Below, in pieces: positions 40,228-49,654 of a stretch of 64,000 nucleotides of DNA. The stretch is taken from the NCBI GenBank assembly GCA_040876265.1, contig JBBDPN010000001.1, positions 310,208 through 374,207 of the forward strand, read 5' to 3'. The notes below the pieces were generated by a model. That model was not told where the DNA came from and made no database searches. It saw only the letters and a list, made by a program, of their open reading frames with translations. Position numbers and translations under genes: made by a program. The DNA comes from Candidatus Woykebacteria bacterium (lineage in GTDB: Bacteria; Patescibacteriota; Microgenomatia; Woykebacterales; RBG-16-39-9b). The stretch's first letter is position 1. Every line of letters starts with the position of its first letter.

Positions 40228-40935
40228 TTATTCTGAGCTTGTCGAAGAAAGGAATTTGAAGGTCGAAAGTAACAAATCGTAAAGGTTTTCTTGGTAATGA
40301 AGAAATTCAGTTAAAATATATACGGTTGTAGAATCCTTTTGTACGTAGGTAGTAACGTGCGTTCCAAATCCAGCCTGTTCCCAAATTCTTTTAATCGTTC
40401 TCCGACCATCAACTGTGATTTCCTTTTTAGAAACTGTTGTCGTCATCGAACTTTCTTTTGAGGTTACATAATCTTCTAAGGATTGGCCTTCACTTTTTGT
40501 ACCTTTGGTAATACTTAACTTAACTTTCCCTTCGTCTTCTGGCAAACTAAATCCGGTACTACGAGTCTCGGAAGGTCCGTAATTTATAATTTCAACTTCG
40601 TACTCAGGTGTTGTTTCTGTGCTAATAGTCCAATCTTTTGGGTGTTTAATAGAGAATTTAAGTACTGAATCTGTATAAGTCTTCCAATCTGCTGTTTCAT
40701 CTTTTTGGGCAGAGGTAGTAGATTGTTTTGCGCTTTCGGTGGAGACTTTGGCCGTAGTAACTGGAGTAGTTTCTTGTTTGGTTTGGGAATCAACGTAGTA
40801 CCAGATAGCCACGGCTATTGGGCCGGTTATCGCCAAAATTACAACTAACGTGAGAATGATCTTTTTCCAAGATATAACTTTGGTGGATTTACTTTGAGTA
40901 GGAACAGAATTTTCCGATGCTTCATTAGCCATCAT
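40228..40935 (-). CDS. Hypothetical membrane-anchored Ser/Thr-rich protein embedded in the dcw cluster
   Basis: 235 aa. One transmembrane segment (IILTLVVILAITGPIAVAIWYYV), then a low-complexity T/S/K/E-rich region. No recognisable domain. Confidence 0.45.
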   Translation of the reverse strand: MMANEASENSVPTQSKSTKVISWKKIILTLVVILAITGPIAVAIWYYVDSQTKQETTPVTTAKVSTESAKQSTTSAQKDETADWKTYTDSVLKFSIKHPKDWTISTETTPEYEVEIINYGPSETRSTGFSLPEDEGKVKLSITKGTKSEGQSLEDYVTSKESSMTTTVSKKEITVDGRRTIKRIWEQAGFGTHVTTYVQKDSTTVYILTEFLHYQENLYDLLLSTFKFLSSTSSE

Positions 40936-40961
40936 TTACATCTTCCCAAACCGCCACACCT

Positions 40962-41000
40962 TTGTCAATTGTTGACAAGGTTGACAAGGGTTGACAAGGC
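40962..41000. repeat. Palindrome TGTCAA-ttg-TTGACA followed by 3 tandem TTGACAAGG(G) repeats, immediately upstream of the 40228-40935 gene (candidate regulator binding site or promoter)
   Basis: Seen directly: TTGTCAA 40962-40968, then TTGACAAGG at 40972, TTGACAAGGG at 40981, TTGACAAGG at 40991. Confidence 0.4.
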
Positions 41001-41043
41001 CAGGCCTTACCACTTCTTCTCGCTACTAATCAGGTTTAATTCC

Positions 41044-41077
41044 GTCTGACAGGTCTGACAGGGCCTGACCCTGTCAG
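41044..41077 (-). terminator. Hairpin CTGACAGGG-cctga-CCCTGTCAG with flanking direct repeat GTCTGACAG x2, 7 nt downstream of the murB stop; no U-tract
   Basis: Perfect 9-bp stem (41055-41063 / 41069-41077) with a 5-nt loop. Confidence 0.3.
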
Positions 41078-41083
41078 TTCCCG

Positions 41084-41986
41084 TTAGGTCCAGTCGCCTA
41101 GGTAACGGACTTCTTCCTTGAGGTTTACATTAAATTTTTCTTTAACCGAGGTTTTCATCAAGTCTATTAACGCTTTTATATCGGAAGCCTTCGCCCCGCC
41201 CTCGTTAATAATAAAATTGGCGTGTTTTTCGCTTATTTTAGCCCCACCGATTTTTTTACCTTTCAGGCCACATTGTTCAATTAGTTTTCCAGCGTGATCA
41301 TAGTCTGGATTTTTGAACGTAGAACCCACTGTCGCACCGGCCGGGTGGTGCATTTTTCGCACTAATATATCTTTCGCGGCTTCCTCCACTTCTTCACGGT
41401 TAGACTCTTGAAGCTGCAACTTTACCTTTAATATTACTTCCCCAATTTTTTGAAATCTAGAGCTGCGGTACCCAAACTCGCATTCTTTCTGGTCCAACTT
41501 TTTTAGCTCACCCTCTTTATCGATAACCTCAACAGAAACAACCAAATCACCGAAAAATTTACTTTTACCCGTGTCTCCGGCGTTCATAAACACAGCACCA
41601 CCGACTGTCCCCGGAACTTTGAGCAGCCTTTCTGTCCCTAGTAAATTTCTATTCTTCGCCCCTTTTATAAGCTCGGTATTATCCACACCCGAGCTAGCTT
41701 CAACAAAACCGTGCGGTAAGAACTTTAAATCTTTCGCTTTATTCGCAATTACCAAACCCCTCATCCCTTTATCGGAAACCAGTACGTTGGCTCCATTACC
41801 TAAAACAGTATAGGGCACATCTTCTTTAATAGCAGTTTCAACGGCTTCGGCTAGTTCTTTCGCGCTACCGGCTTCATAATAAAAATCAGCCGGTCCCCCC
41901 ACTCTCATTTGGGTATGATGGCTCATTGGCTCTTGGAGCTTGACCTTGTTGAACCCGAGTTTTTTTACCAAAGAATCTTCGCTCAT
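41084..41986 (-). CDS. murB: UDP-N-acetylenolpyruvoylglucosamine reductase
   Basis: 300 aa. FAD-binding MRVGGPADFYYEA and a MurB C-terminal domain. Confidence 0.85.
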   Translation of the reverse strand: MSEDSLVKKLGFNKVKLQEPMSHHTQMRVGGPADFYYEAGSAKELAEAVETAIKEDVPYTVLGNGANVLVSDKGMRGLVIANKAKDLKFLPHGFVEASSGVDNTELIKGAKNRNLLGTERLLKVPGTVGGAVFMNAGDTGKSKFFGDLVVSVEVIDKEGELKKLDQKECEFGYRSSRFQKIGEVILKVKLQLQESNREEVEEAAKDILVRKMHHPAGATVGSTFKNPDYDHAGKLIEQCGLKGKKIGGAKISEKHANFIINEGGAKASDIKALIDLMKTSVKEKFNVNLKEEVRYLGDWT

Positions 41987-43260
41987 CCTTTTCCCTGCAA
42001 TTTTTCAAGTAGTCTGTCGGGCAACTTATAAATATCCCCGGCTCCCATTGTAATTACCACGTCTCCTACTGAAACTTCTTTCACAATGTAAGTTGCCGCT
42101 TCCTCCAGTGTCGGTATATATTTTGCGTTTTCGCCGATCGCCTTTACCAAATCAACACTTGAAACCTCGCCCGTATCTTTTTCTCTAGACCCAAAAATAT
42201 CAGTAATGAGGACCTGATTAACAAGATAGTTAGAAAACGAATCAACAAAATCATCAAACAATGCTTTTGTACGAGAAAAAAGGTGCGGTTGAAATACCAG
42301 CCAAATTTTTTTAGTTGGAAATTTTTCCCTAGCGGCTTTCAAAGTCTCGGAAATGGCTGTGGGATGATGAGCATAATCATCAAAAACTAAGACTCCTTTT
42401 TCTTCCCCAACAAATTCAAAACGTCTTCCGAGACCATTGAATTTCTCGAGAGTTTTTCGGCTCTGTTCCTCACCGATACCGACTACTTTGGCAGCCGCCG
42501 TTGCGATAGCAGCGTTCATCTTATTAAATCGTCCAACCATTTTGAGATTAAAACTTACCGGGTTTACTACGTTTATAGTCCTACCTTTTGGACTAATCAA
42601 ATTCACCCCAGGTCCAATCACTAGCGATGAGTCTTTGTCGAGATTCGTAACAAATTTTTCAAAGACCTTTTTCATTTTCCCAAAGTCTTTAAAATACTCA
42701 GGGTGGTCGAATTCTATATTTGTAATAGCGGCGATTTTAGGCTTAAACCTGAGTAACTTCTCGCTGTACTCATCAGCTTCAATGACAAAATACTTTGAAT
42801 CTCCCAACCGCCAGTTTCGCCCCCAATCATCTACAACCGCACCAATCAAACAGTTGGGGTCCAACCCTGCTTTCTCTAAAATAACGCCGACCATTGCCGT
42901 AACTGTTCCCTTACCATGGGTTCCAGCTATTGCGATCACAAATTTGTTTTTGACAAGCTCGTCTGCGACAAACTCATCCCAAGCAACTGCTTTTATTCCT
43001 CTTTTTTGGGCTGCAGATAACTCCTCGTTATTTTGGTCAAAGCTAGGTATTGCCGGAGAATAAACTAGCAGATCAATACCGTTAATGTGTTCTGGACTAT
43101 GACCGGTAAGTACAAACTTGCTAAGCGTCTTGTCCAGATAGGGCGATCCCTTTTCCTTATCGCAGCCAGAAACTTGAAACCCTACGTGTTTGGCGATAGC
43201 AAAAGCAGCAGAACAACCTGCTCCACCAACACCCATAAAATGGATCCTTTTACCCACCAT
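41983..43260 (-). CDS. murC: UDP-N-acetylmuramate--L-alanine ligase
   Basis: 425 aa. IHFMGVGGAGCSAAFAIAKHVGFQVSGCD. P-loop AIAGTHGKGTVT. Confidence 0.9.
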   Translation of the reverse strand: MVGKRIHFMGVGGAGCSAAFAIAKHVGFQVSGCDKEKGSPYLDKTLSKFVLTGHSPEHINGIDLLVYSPAIPSFDQNNEELSAAQKRGIKAVAWDEFVADELVKNKFVIAIAGTHGKGTVTAMVGVILEKAGLDPNCLIGAVVDDWGRNWRLGDSKYFVIEADEYSEKLLRFKPKIAAITNIEFDHPEYFKDFGKMKKVFEKFVTNLDKDSSLVIGPGVNLISPKGRTINVVNPVSFNLKMVGRFNKMNAAIATAAAKVVGIGEEQSRKTLEKFNGLGRRFEFVGEEKGVLVFDDYAHHPTAISETLKAAREKFPTKKIWLVFQPHLFSRTKALFDDFVDSFSNYLVNQVLITDIFGSREKDTGEVSSVDLVKAIGENAKYIPTLEEAATYIVKEVSVGDVVITMGAGDIYKLPDRLLEKLQGKG

Positions 43261-43972
43261 TTCGTAACCCTATTAAAACTGCAATTCTACTATCAGTTCC
43301 ATCTCTTCGGTACGAGAAAAAATCGGGATTTTCATAAGTACAGGACTTAATAGTCACATCTATATTAGGTTTGATAATTCCAAAATCGATTAACTGATCG
43401 ACGTTCGCTTGTTTGAGATCAAGGTGAATACTACCAGAGAGACTCCTCATCACTGATTTACCAAAGCCACTTTTTGTAAAAGCGCTTGCAACGTCGCTCC
43501 TTACCTCGTAATGACAAAATTCTATAACCGGGCCAAAACCAACCAAAATATCCTTTGGTCTTGAGCCAAGTTTTAATAAGGTTCCAACTAGATTCTCTGC
43601 TATTTTTGCTTTAGTGCCGCGCCAACCAGCGTGAGCAAGACCAACAATTCTCTTCTTGGGATCAAAAGCGACAATAGGCAAACAATCGGCCACTAATATC
43701 ATCAAATATAGATCCTTTTCCGCCGTGACAAAACCATCGCACTTCTCTACTTTCCTCGCCACATCTTCTAGCGAGACGGTCCTGACGGCACCGCTGTGGA
43801 TTTGCCTTGGCTTTATTACCTTTGACCCATCAATATCAAGATATTTAAAAAATTTAGTTTGATTGTCTCTAAGTCTTTGATCACCAAATTTTTTAGTTGA
43901 AATTTCAACGACTAAATTTTTAAAGTTCGCGAGACTACTCAATGTATAGACATCATCTTTTTTCAGAAGCAT
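43250..43972 (-). CDS. pgeF: YfiH/PgeF (DUF152, LACC1-like) peptidoglycan editing factor / purine nucleoside phosphorylase family
   Basis: 240 aa. HAGWRG motif and the conserved Cys/His of the YfiH family. Confidence 0.7.
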   Translation of the reverse strand: MLLKKDDVYTLSSLANFKNLVVEISTKKFGDQRLRDNQTKFFKYLDIDGSKVIKPRQIHSGAVRTVSLEDVARKVEKCDGFVTAEKDLYLMILVADCLPIVAFDPKKRIVGLAHAGWRGTKAKIAENLVGTLLKLGSRPKDILVGFGPVIEFCHYEVRSDVASAFTKSGFGKSVMRSLSGSIHLDLKQANVDQLIDFGIIKPNIDVTIKSCTYENPDFFSYRRDGTDSRIAVLIGLRNGG

Positions 43973-44720
43973 TTTTATCCCTATCTCTCATCTGCTTATC
44001 TGCTTCTACTAATTCTGCAGGTGTATTTACCCCTTTCCACTCATTTGGATCGCTAAGTTTAAGAGTAGACACTCTTTTGTCCTCCGTCAAAGCTAGATCT
44101 ATTAAATCAGTGAGATAATACTCGCCTACAGCACTTTTTTTCAATTTTTTTATGGTCCGCTCCAGCCAACCAAGATTAAAAACATATGCCCCGTCATTTA
44201 TTTCTCTAATTTTTTTCTGTTCGGCACTGGCAACTTTCTCTTCCACAATTCCTATCAGCTCACCATTCTTTCTTACTATTCTACCCAAACCAGTTGGATC
44301 CTCTGGTTCTAAAGTAATAAAGGTAATAGTGTTTTGTTCATTAAGATGTTTTTCCAAAAGGCTCTTTATTGTATCTGGCCTATAAAAAGCTGAATCATCA
44401 CCATTGATGATCAGAACATCTTCGGCTTCGCTCGATAGCTCGTTTAAGCCTACTTTAGCGGCGTGACCGGTACCAAGACGCTGTTTTTGGATCGCGAACT
44501 TGTAACCTACTCCCACAGCCTCAATCACATCTTTGGCCTTATGACCAACAACAATGACAACTTCGTTGGGTCCAATTTTATTTAAGACCCTTAAAGTATG
44601 AGCGATGAGAGGTTTACCAGCTATCTCATACAAAACTTTTGGTCTTGGACTCGAAGCACCTTGGGCCAACCTGGTCCCTTTTCCAGCAGCTAAAATTACT
44701 GCAGCAAAGTTATTTCCCAT
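43953..44720 (-). CDS. Sugar-1-phosphate nucleotidyltransferase, GlmU N-terminal (uridyltransferase) domain only
   Basis: 255 aa. AAVILAAGKGTRLAQGASSPRPKVLYEIAGKPLIAHTL and QRLGTGHAAKVGL closely parallel the GlmU N-terminus. There is no LbH domain. Confidence 0.65.
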   Translation of the reverse strand: MGNNFAAVILAAGKGTRLAQGASSPRPKVLYEIAGKPLIAHTLRVLNKIGPNEVVIVVGHKAKDVIEAVGVGYKFAIQKQRLGTGHAAKVGLNELSSEAEDVLIINGDDSAFYRPDTIKSLLEKHLNEQNTITFITLEPEDPTGLGRIVRKNGELIGIVEEKVASAEQKKIREINDGAYVFNLGWLERTIKKLKKSAVGEYYLTDLIDLALTEDKRVSTLKLSDPNEWKGVNTPAELVEADKQMRDRDKNASEKR

Positions 44721-46050
44721 AATTTTGGTGAGTTGAATAACTGCTCTTCTTTTCTAATTTCTTTTTCAAGGCGTTCCTGACAACTTGCTCATCACTCCAA
44801 GGATACTCTTTGCCACCAATATTCAGGCTCCGCTCATGCCCCTTGCCAAATATGGCCACTACGTCGCCGCCTGAAGCCAAAGAACCTATCGCGGTAGTAA
44901 TCGCCTCAGTTCTGTCTGCAATTTTCCAAAATGTCCGCTCTGGTATGCCGCCTTCGTTCAGGGCGCCTTGGGCAATTTTTTCGATTATTTTATTTACGTT
45001 TTCTTTTCTTGGGTCTTCGGCAGTAAATATACTCACGTCCGCTAGTTGGGTTGCTACTTTACCCATCATACTTCTTTTTCCTACGTCTCTTTCGCCTGCA
45101 GAACCAAAAACTGCAATAAGCTTACCCTTTGTAAAGGAGCGCAACGTCCGCAAGGCGTTTTCCAAAGCAATTGGCGTATGCGCAAAATCTACTATAACAT
45201 CAAAATCCTGACCTAGATCTACTGACTGCATCCTACCTACAACACTCTCGAACGTTGATATAGCTGATATTATTTGTTCGGTCGCTATCCCCAAATTTGA
45301 GGTAAGGGCAAAAGCAGCCAGGATATTATAAACGTTGAATTCCCCTACTAGTCGTGTTCTAACTCGCGAAGACCTTTTCTGTTTCTTCTCTTCAAAATGA
45401 ACCTCAAATTCACTACCTATTTTTCCAAGTTTTATTGATTTTGCCACGTAGTCTGCCGAATTTTTTATTCCGTAACTAATCAGCTGCCCACCACCTCTAC
45501 CTTTAAGTTTTTCGAAATACTTATCGTCGGCGTTTAGAACCCGAAGGTTTACACCGTTGAGTAACTTTGCTTTGGCCTCAAGGTAGTTTTCATAGGAACC
45601 ATGATAATCTAGGTGCTCATGCGTAATATTCGTTATGATACCAGCAAAAAACTTTACAAAAGCTACTCTTCCTTGCGCTAGGCCATGAGAAGTAACCTCG
45701 ACAACTGCGTACTCACTACCAGAATTTGCCATTTTTTTCAGCAAACCTTGGACTTTTATTGGGTCTGGTGTGGTGACATGAAATCCTGTGTCAATCGCCG
45801 TTTGGGCTATCTTTGCCTCCACAGTAGATACCATTGAAACCTTTTCCTGAGCACTGTTGAGAATATGATATACGAGGTGGACGGTTGTTGTTTTACCATC
45901 TGTACCGGTTACACCAATAACCTTAAGCTTGCCAGCTGGGAATAAAAAAATTAAAGCTCCTAGGAGAGCTTGAAAATAGTGGTAGGCGCTTTTTATAGGC
46001 TCTGGCACCAGCTTTTTGAAGCTAGCTAGCATAGTTAGGGATTTTATCAC
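44710..46050 (-). CDS. murE: UDP-N-acetylmuramoyl-L-alanyl-D-glutamate--diamino acid ligase
   Basis: 446 aa. P-loop GVTGTDGKTTT. Position immediately after ftsI as in dcw clusters. Confidence 0.8.
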   Translation of the reverse strand: MIKSLTMLASFKKLVPEPIKSAYHYFQALLGALIFLFPAGKLKVIGVTGTDGKTTTVHLVYHILNSAQEKVSMVSTVEAKIAQTAIDTGFHVTTPDPIKVQGLLKKMANSGSEYAVVEVTSHGLAQGRVAFVKFFAGIITNITHEHLDYHGSYENYLEAKAKLLNGVNLRVLNADDKYFEKLKGRGGGQLISYGIKNSADYVAKSIKLGKIGSEFEVHFEEKKQKRSSRVRTRLVGEFNVYNILAAFALTSNLGIATEQIISAISTFESVVGRMQSVDLGQDFDVIVDFAHTPIALENALRTLRSFTKGKLIAVFGSAGERDVGKRSMMGKVATQLADVSIFTAEDPRKENVNKIIEKIAQGALNEGGIPERTFWKIADRTEAITTAIGSLASGGDVVAIFGKGHERSLNIGGKEYPWSDEQVVRNALKKKLEKKSSYSTHQNYGK

Positions 46051-46077
46051 ACAGGAACTTACTCATCAACCAAAGTA

Positions 46078-47847
46078 TCATTGATCAATTGGTATACCCC
46101 AATAAGGATAAAGTTCGGAGGCTATTTCAAAAAAAAGCGGTTCAGCGGTCTCAGCAGCAAATATTGAAGCTGACGGGTCAAAAAGGACTATAATCGCCGC
46201 GAACCTTGGCTCCTCCACCGGACCAAACGCAACAAAAGAAGCTACTGTCTTGGTAGAATATTGCCCAGCAATTGGGACCTGGGCAGTGCCGGTCTTACCA
46301 CCAATTCTATAACCATGAGGAATGAGTTTCTTGGCCTCGCCACCTTCAACAGCGGCTAGAAGCAGCTGCTTCATTAAAGTTGCCGTTGATGATTTTAAGA
46401 CCCGTCCTACTTTTTTGGGGCTAAAATCCACTGTACTCTTCGAACCTATTATTTTTTTTACAACATAAGGTTTCATAAGTATTCCATCGTTAGCGATTGC
46501 CGCAACTGCGTTGACCATCTGCAAAGGGGTCACGGATAAACCTTGGCCAAAAGCAGCGGTTACAAGCTCGATTTCATGCCAGTCTTTTCGTTGTTTTATA
46601 ATTCCTGTCTCCTCGCCCTGAAGGTCAATACCAGTTTGGGCGCCAAAGCCAAAATTATTTATGTATTTTAGAAATGTATCAGTACCCATTTTTTGAGCTG
46701 CAAAGGCTGCTCCGACGTTGTCAGAGTGTTGTAGAATCTGGGTAACAGTGGAACCTGGATGATATTTATTGTCCACTGTTTGAACCTCATACCCACTTGC
46801 CTTAACAGGACCCCGACAAGAACAGATCGTATCTGGTTTTATCGACCCAGAATCCAAAGCAGCGGAAAAAGTAATAGATTTAAACGTGGAGCCTGGTTCA
46901 TAGACCTCCGACACGCCCAAATTTTTGAACTCTGTAGTAGGAGAATTGACCGGACCAAGTAAGTCAAACGAAGGATAGGACGAACTGGCAATTACAGCTC
47001 CGGTATTTGGATCCAATATTATTGCTATTCCAGATCTTGCTCCGTAGCGCTCGACCCCTTCAAAGAGCTTCCTATCAACGATAAATTGAACAGTCCTGTC
47101 GATATTTGTTAGTAAATCGGAACCGTCTAGTGCCCCAAGTCCTTCGGGACTTGAGGCAAGGATTGGCCTCCCCAAAGCATCAACTTCTTGGATCAGTGTA
47201 CCCGACCTACCCCTTAGCTCACCATCATAGTAGCCCTCGAGACCAAAATAACCCTTATCGTCCCCTTGCTCGTCTTTTCCTACAAACCCAAGTACGTTAG
47301 CTGCTAGATTTACTTCTGGGTAAAAACGTTTAGTGTCCTCTTCAAATCCTATCCCAGAAAGCTTTAATTTATCAATTTTTTCCTTTGTCCCCTCGTTTAT
47401 CTTATTTGCCAGCGGCACCCACACCAGGTTTTTTAGTTGGAGCTGTTTAATGATATGGGTCTTGATCTCGCTAAATAAGACGTCTTTTTCCGAAGACTTT
47501 AGTTTTTCTCTATTTGCGATTTTTTCTTGCAGAAGGGCTGGGACAATTTTATCGGACACCCTTTCAGAGAAATCTTCCTTGCTTTCATTTTTATCTTTAA
47601 GCTTCAATATCTCCGGGAAAATCGCGTATAATAAGTATGATTTCTGGTTTGAAACTAAAACTGATCCATCCGCTGCTAATATTTTTCCCCTGTCGGCCCC
47701 TACGAAAACAGTATTTTCTACTTGCGTTTCGGCAGCCACAGTAAATTCCTCATTTTTCACGACCTGCCAATAAAATAAACGGCCGATTATGGCGGCCGAA
47801 AAAATTAAGAGAATTACCTCTAAGATACTTATTCGACTTGTGATCAT
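46078..47847 (-). CDS. ftsI: Penicillin-binding protein 2x/FtsI-type transpeptidase
   Basis: 589 aa. N-terminal transmembrane segment. SxxK (PGSTFKS), SDN and KTGTAQ motifs. Confidence 0.85.
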   Translation of the reverse strand: MITSRISILEVILLIFSAAIIGRLFYWQVVKNEEFTVAAETQVENTVFVGADRGKILAADGSVLVSNQKSYLLYAIFPEILKLKDKNESKEDFSERVSDKIVPALLQEKIANREKLKSSEKDVLFSEIKTHIIKQLQLKNLVWVPLANKINEGTKEKIDKLKLSGIGFEEDTKRFYPEVNLAANVLGFVGKDEQGDDKGYFGLEGYYDGELRGRSGTLIQEVDALGRPILASSPEGLGALDGSDLLTNIDRTVQFIVDRKLFEGVERYGARSGIAIILDPNTGAVIASSSYPSFDLLGPVNSPTTEFKNLGVSEVYEPGSTFKSITFSAALDSGSIKPDTICSCRGPVKASGYEVQTVDNKYHPGSTVTQILQHSDNVGAAFAAQKMGTDTFLKYINNFGFGAQTGIDLQGEETGIIKQRKDWHEIELVTAAFGQGLSVTPLQMVNAVAAIANDGILMKPYVVKKIIGSKSTVDFSPKKVGRVLKSSTATLMKQLLLAAVEGGEAKKLIPHGYRIGGKTGTAQVPIAGQYSTKTVASFVAFGPVEEPRFAAIIVLFDPSASIFAAETAEPLFFEIASELYPYWGIPIDQ

Positions 47848-48158
47848 CGATTAGCTATTGGAGATTTCGGTGTAAGTACCTGTACGTTTTTTGCTTTCAC
47901 GAATCCCTTTTCGGAAGCGATTTTCTCTACCCTAGAAAGCGATTTCAGTTGGCTGATAGTATTTTCAAGTCTCTGATTTTCCTCTTTAAGAATTTCGGTT
48001 TCTTGGTTAGCCGCTGCCAGTTGCTGGCCTGAAGCAGCTAACACATTCAAAAATACCACCCTGGCAAAGGAAATACTAAGTATTACCATTATAAACAAGG
48101 CCACTAGGCTACGAAAAAATGATTTTGTTTTTTCTTTTTTTACTATTTTACGTACCAT
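47844..48158 (-). CDS. ftsL: FtsL/DivIC-like septum formation initiator
   Basis: 104 aa. One transmembrane segment plus a coiled coil (ETEILKEENQRLENTISQLKS). Sits between rsmH and ftsI. Confidence 0.5.
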   Translation of the reverse strand: MVRKIVKKEKTKSFFRSLVALFIMVILSISFARVVFLNVLAASGQQLAAANQETEILKEENQRLENTISQLKSLSRVEKIASEKGFVKAKNVQVLTPKSPIANR

Positions 48159-48182
48159 TTGGGCAGGCTACCTACTTGTTTC

Positions 48183-49076
48183 CTAAACTCGCTGGGCTAC
48201 TCTCATCTTTGCACTTCTTGAGCGTGGGTTATTCAAAATTTCGTCTCTACCCGGAACAATCGGTTTTTTTGTTAAAACGGTTAAGTGCCAACGTTTTTTA
48301 AAATAGTTTTTAACAACCCTATCTTCCAAAGAGTGAAAGCTGATAACTACCAACCTACCACCCTTTTTGAGAAGATCTTCTGCCCCTTCCAATCCTTTTT
48401 CTAAATTTTCAAGCTCGTTATTTACTGTTATTCTCAGAGCCTGAAAGATTTTTGTCGCTGGGTGTATCTTTCCTCTTCCTCTTACAACTTGTTCGATAAT
48501 TTTAACAAGTTGAGTGGTTGTTCTTATTTTTTCCCTTAATCTGGCTTTGACGATAGCACGAGCAATACTGCGGCTAGCGTGCTCCTCACCATAGTTAAAA
48601 AATAATTCATTAAGTTCTCCTTGGCTCAGCCCGTTTATTAGATCTGCTGCGGTTACTTGCAATGTTGGGTCCAACCGCATATCTATCGGTCCTTCCTTAC
48701 TAAAGGAAAGGCCTCTTTCTGGATTATCTAGTTGCAAGCTGGAGAGCCCTAAATCAAACAAAACTCCGGGTGTTTCCCAAACCCCAAACTTGAAAGCAGT
48801 CTGCTTCAAGTCGGAAAAATTACTTTGAGCAATGGCTATTAAGTCGTTTTTCCCGAACAACCTTCCCTCTTCATCAGAAAGTTTTAGGGAAAAAGCTTTG
48901 GCCGCTTTTTTTATCGCTTCTGGGTCTATATCTATGCCAAAGACTCTTCCATCACGTTTTAATATTTCTCCCGCGTGGCCGCCGCCGTTCAAAGTCGCAT
49001 CTATATATGTCTCGCCTTTTTTTATTGAAAGTGCCTCCAGCGTTTCGTTGATAAGTACGCTTTGGTGATCTCTCAT
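48183..49076 (-). CDS. rsmH: 16S rRNA (cytosine1402-N4)-methyltransferase RsmH (MraW)
   Basis: 297 aa. DATLNGGGHAGEIL is the SAM-binding motif. Directly follows mraZ. Confidence 0.9.
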   Translation of the reverse strand: MRDHQSVLINETLEALSIKKGETYIDATLNGGGHAGEILKRDGRVFGIDIDPEAIKKAAKAFSLKLSDEEGRLFGKNDLIAIAQSNFSDLKQTAFKFGVWETPGVLFDLGLSSLQLDNPERGLSFSKEGPIDMRLDPTLQVTAADLINGLSQGELNELFFNYGEEHASRSIARAIVKARLREKIRTTTQLVKIIEQVVRGRGKIHPATKIFQALRITVNNELENLEKGLEGAEDLLKKGGRLVVISFHSLEDRVVKNYFKKRWHLTVLTKKPIVPGRDEILNNPRSRSAKMRVAQRV

Positions 49077-49077
49077 A

Positions 49078-49509
49078 TTAAAACCCTCTTTCTGAAAGCT
49101 TTTCGGCTATACTCTCCCCCCGAGCTTCGAGTATCTTGGCCAAATCTCTCCATTTGCCTTCATCCCAAATTTCAATTCTTTCCAAAATACCAACCATCAC
49201 CAGCCTCTTCTTCAAAGATGCATACTCAAGCAAGTACTCAGGAATTTTTATCCTACCCAATCGGTCGAATTCGGCTTCAATAGCACCGCCAAAAAGATAC
49301 CTTTCAAACGCCCGTGTATCTGCTTGCGTAACTGAAAGTCCTCTGAATTTCGTGGTTAATTGTTCCCAGCTCTTTCGCGGATAAAGAAAAAGGCATCCGT
49401 CCAGCCCCTTAGTTAAGATGGCTCCGGCTGACAATTGGCTTCTGAATTTTTTAGGTACAGATACCCTGCCTTTATAATCTAAGTTGTGTTTATATTCTCC
49501 GAGAAACAT
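49078..49509 (-). CDS. mraZ: Transcriptional regulator MraZ
   Basis: 143 aa. MFLGEYKHNLDYKGRVSVPKKFR aligns with the MraZ N-terminus. Duplicated UPF0040 halves. Confidence 0.85.
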   Translation of the reverse strand: MFLGEYKHNLDYKGRVSVPKKFRSQLSAGAILTKGLDGCLFLYPRKSWEQLTTKFRGLSVTQADTRAFERYLFGGAIEAEFDRLGRIKIPEYLLEYASLKKRLVMVGILERIEIWDEGKWRDLAKILEARGESIAEKLSERGF

Positions 49510-49597
49510 GCCCGCAAGTTACCCTCGGGGACCTGCGGGCAGATAAGTCCCCTGCTGTCCAGACTAGGGCAGGCTGTGGAGGGCAGTGGAAAATGCT
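49510..49597 (-). other. GC-rich structured 5' leader of mraZ with a hairpin (CCCGCAGG...CTTGCGGG) abutting the start codon
   Basis: An ~88-nt stretch that looks locally GC-rich relative to its AT-rich flanks. The minus-strand hairpin CCCGCAgGTCCCCGAGGGTAACtTGCGGG ends 1 nt before the ATG. Confidence 0.3.
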
Positions 49598-49654
49598 ACA
49601 CTTTTTTCCACTTTTTGCCCTTTTTTACCACTACTAATATAGTAGTACCACTGT
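49598..49654 (-). promoter_or_regulatory. Candidate MraZ operator: four direct repeats of the AAAGTG[GT]/(A/T)AGTGG type at 10/20-bp phasing
   Basis: Plus-strand CCAC cores at 49608, 49628 and 49648 (exact 20-bp period), plus ACACTTT at 49598. On the minus strand these read AAAGTGT, AAAGTGG, GTAGTGG and ACAGTGG. Confidence 0.5.

Noticed and set aside
6116-47773. Numerous 60-210 aa track ORFs antisense to or inside longer genes (for example 6116..6379, 7565..7939, 14556..14951, 28759..29223, 42437..43063, 47333..47773, 58075..58521, 61418..61915, 11160..11714).
   Set aside because: Each lies opposite to, or out of frame within, a gene with strong motif support. Their compositions are Ser/Pro/Leu-biased as expected from antisense translation of coding DNA.
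49510-49600. The GC-rich element before mraZ as an SRP (4.5S) RNA or RNase P RNA.
   Set aside because: The conserved SRP domain IV motif (GGAAGCAGC) and RNase P universal motifs are absent, and the element abuts the mraZ start codon, fitting a leader structure instead.
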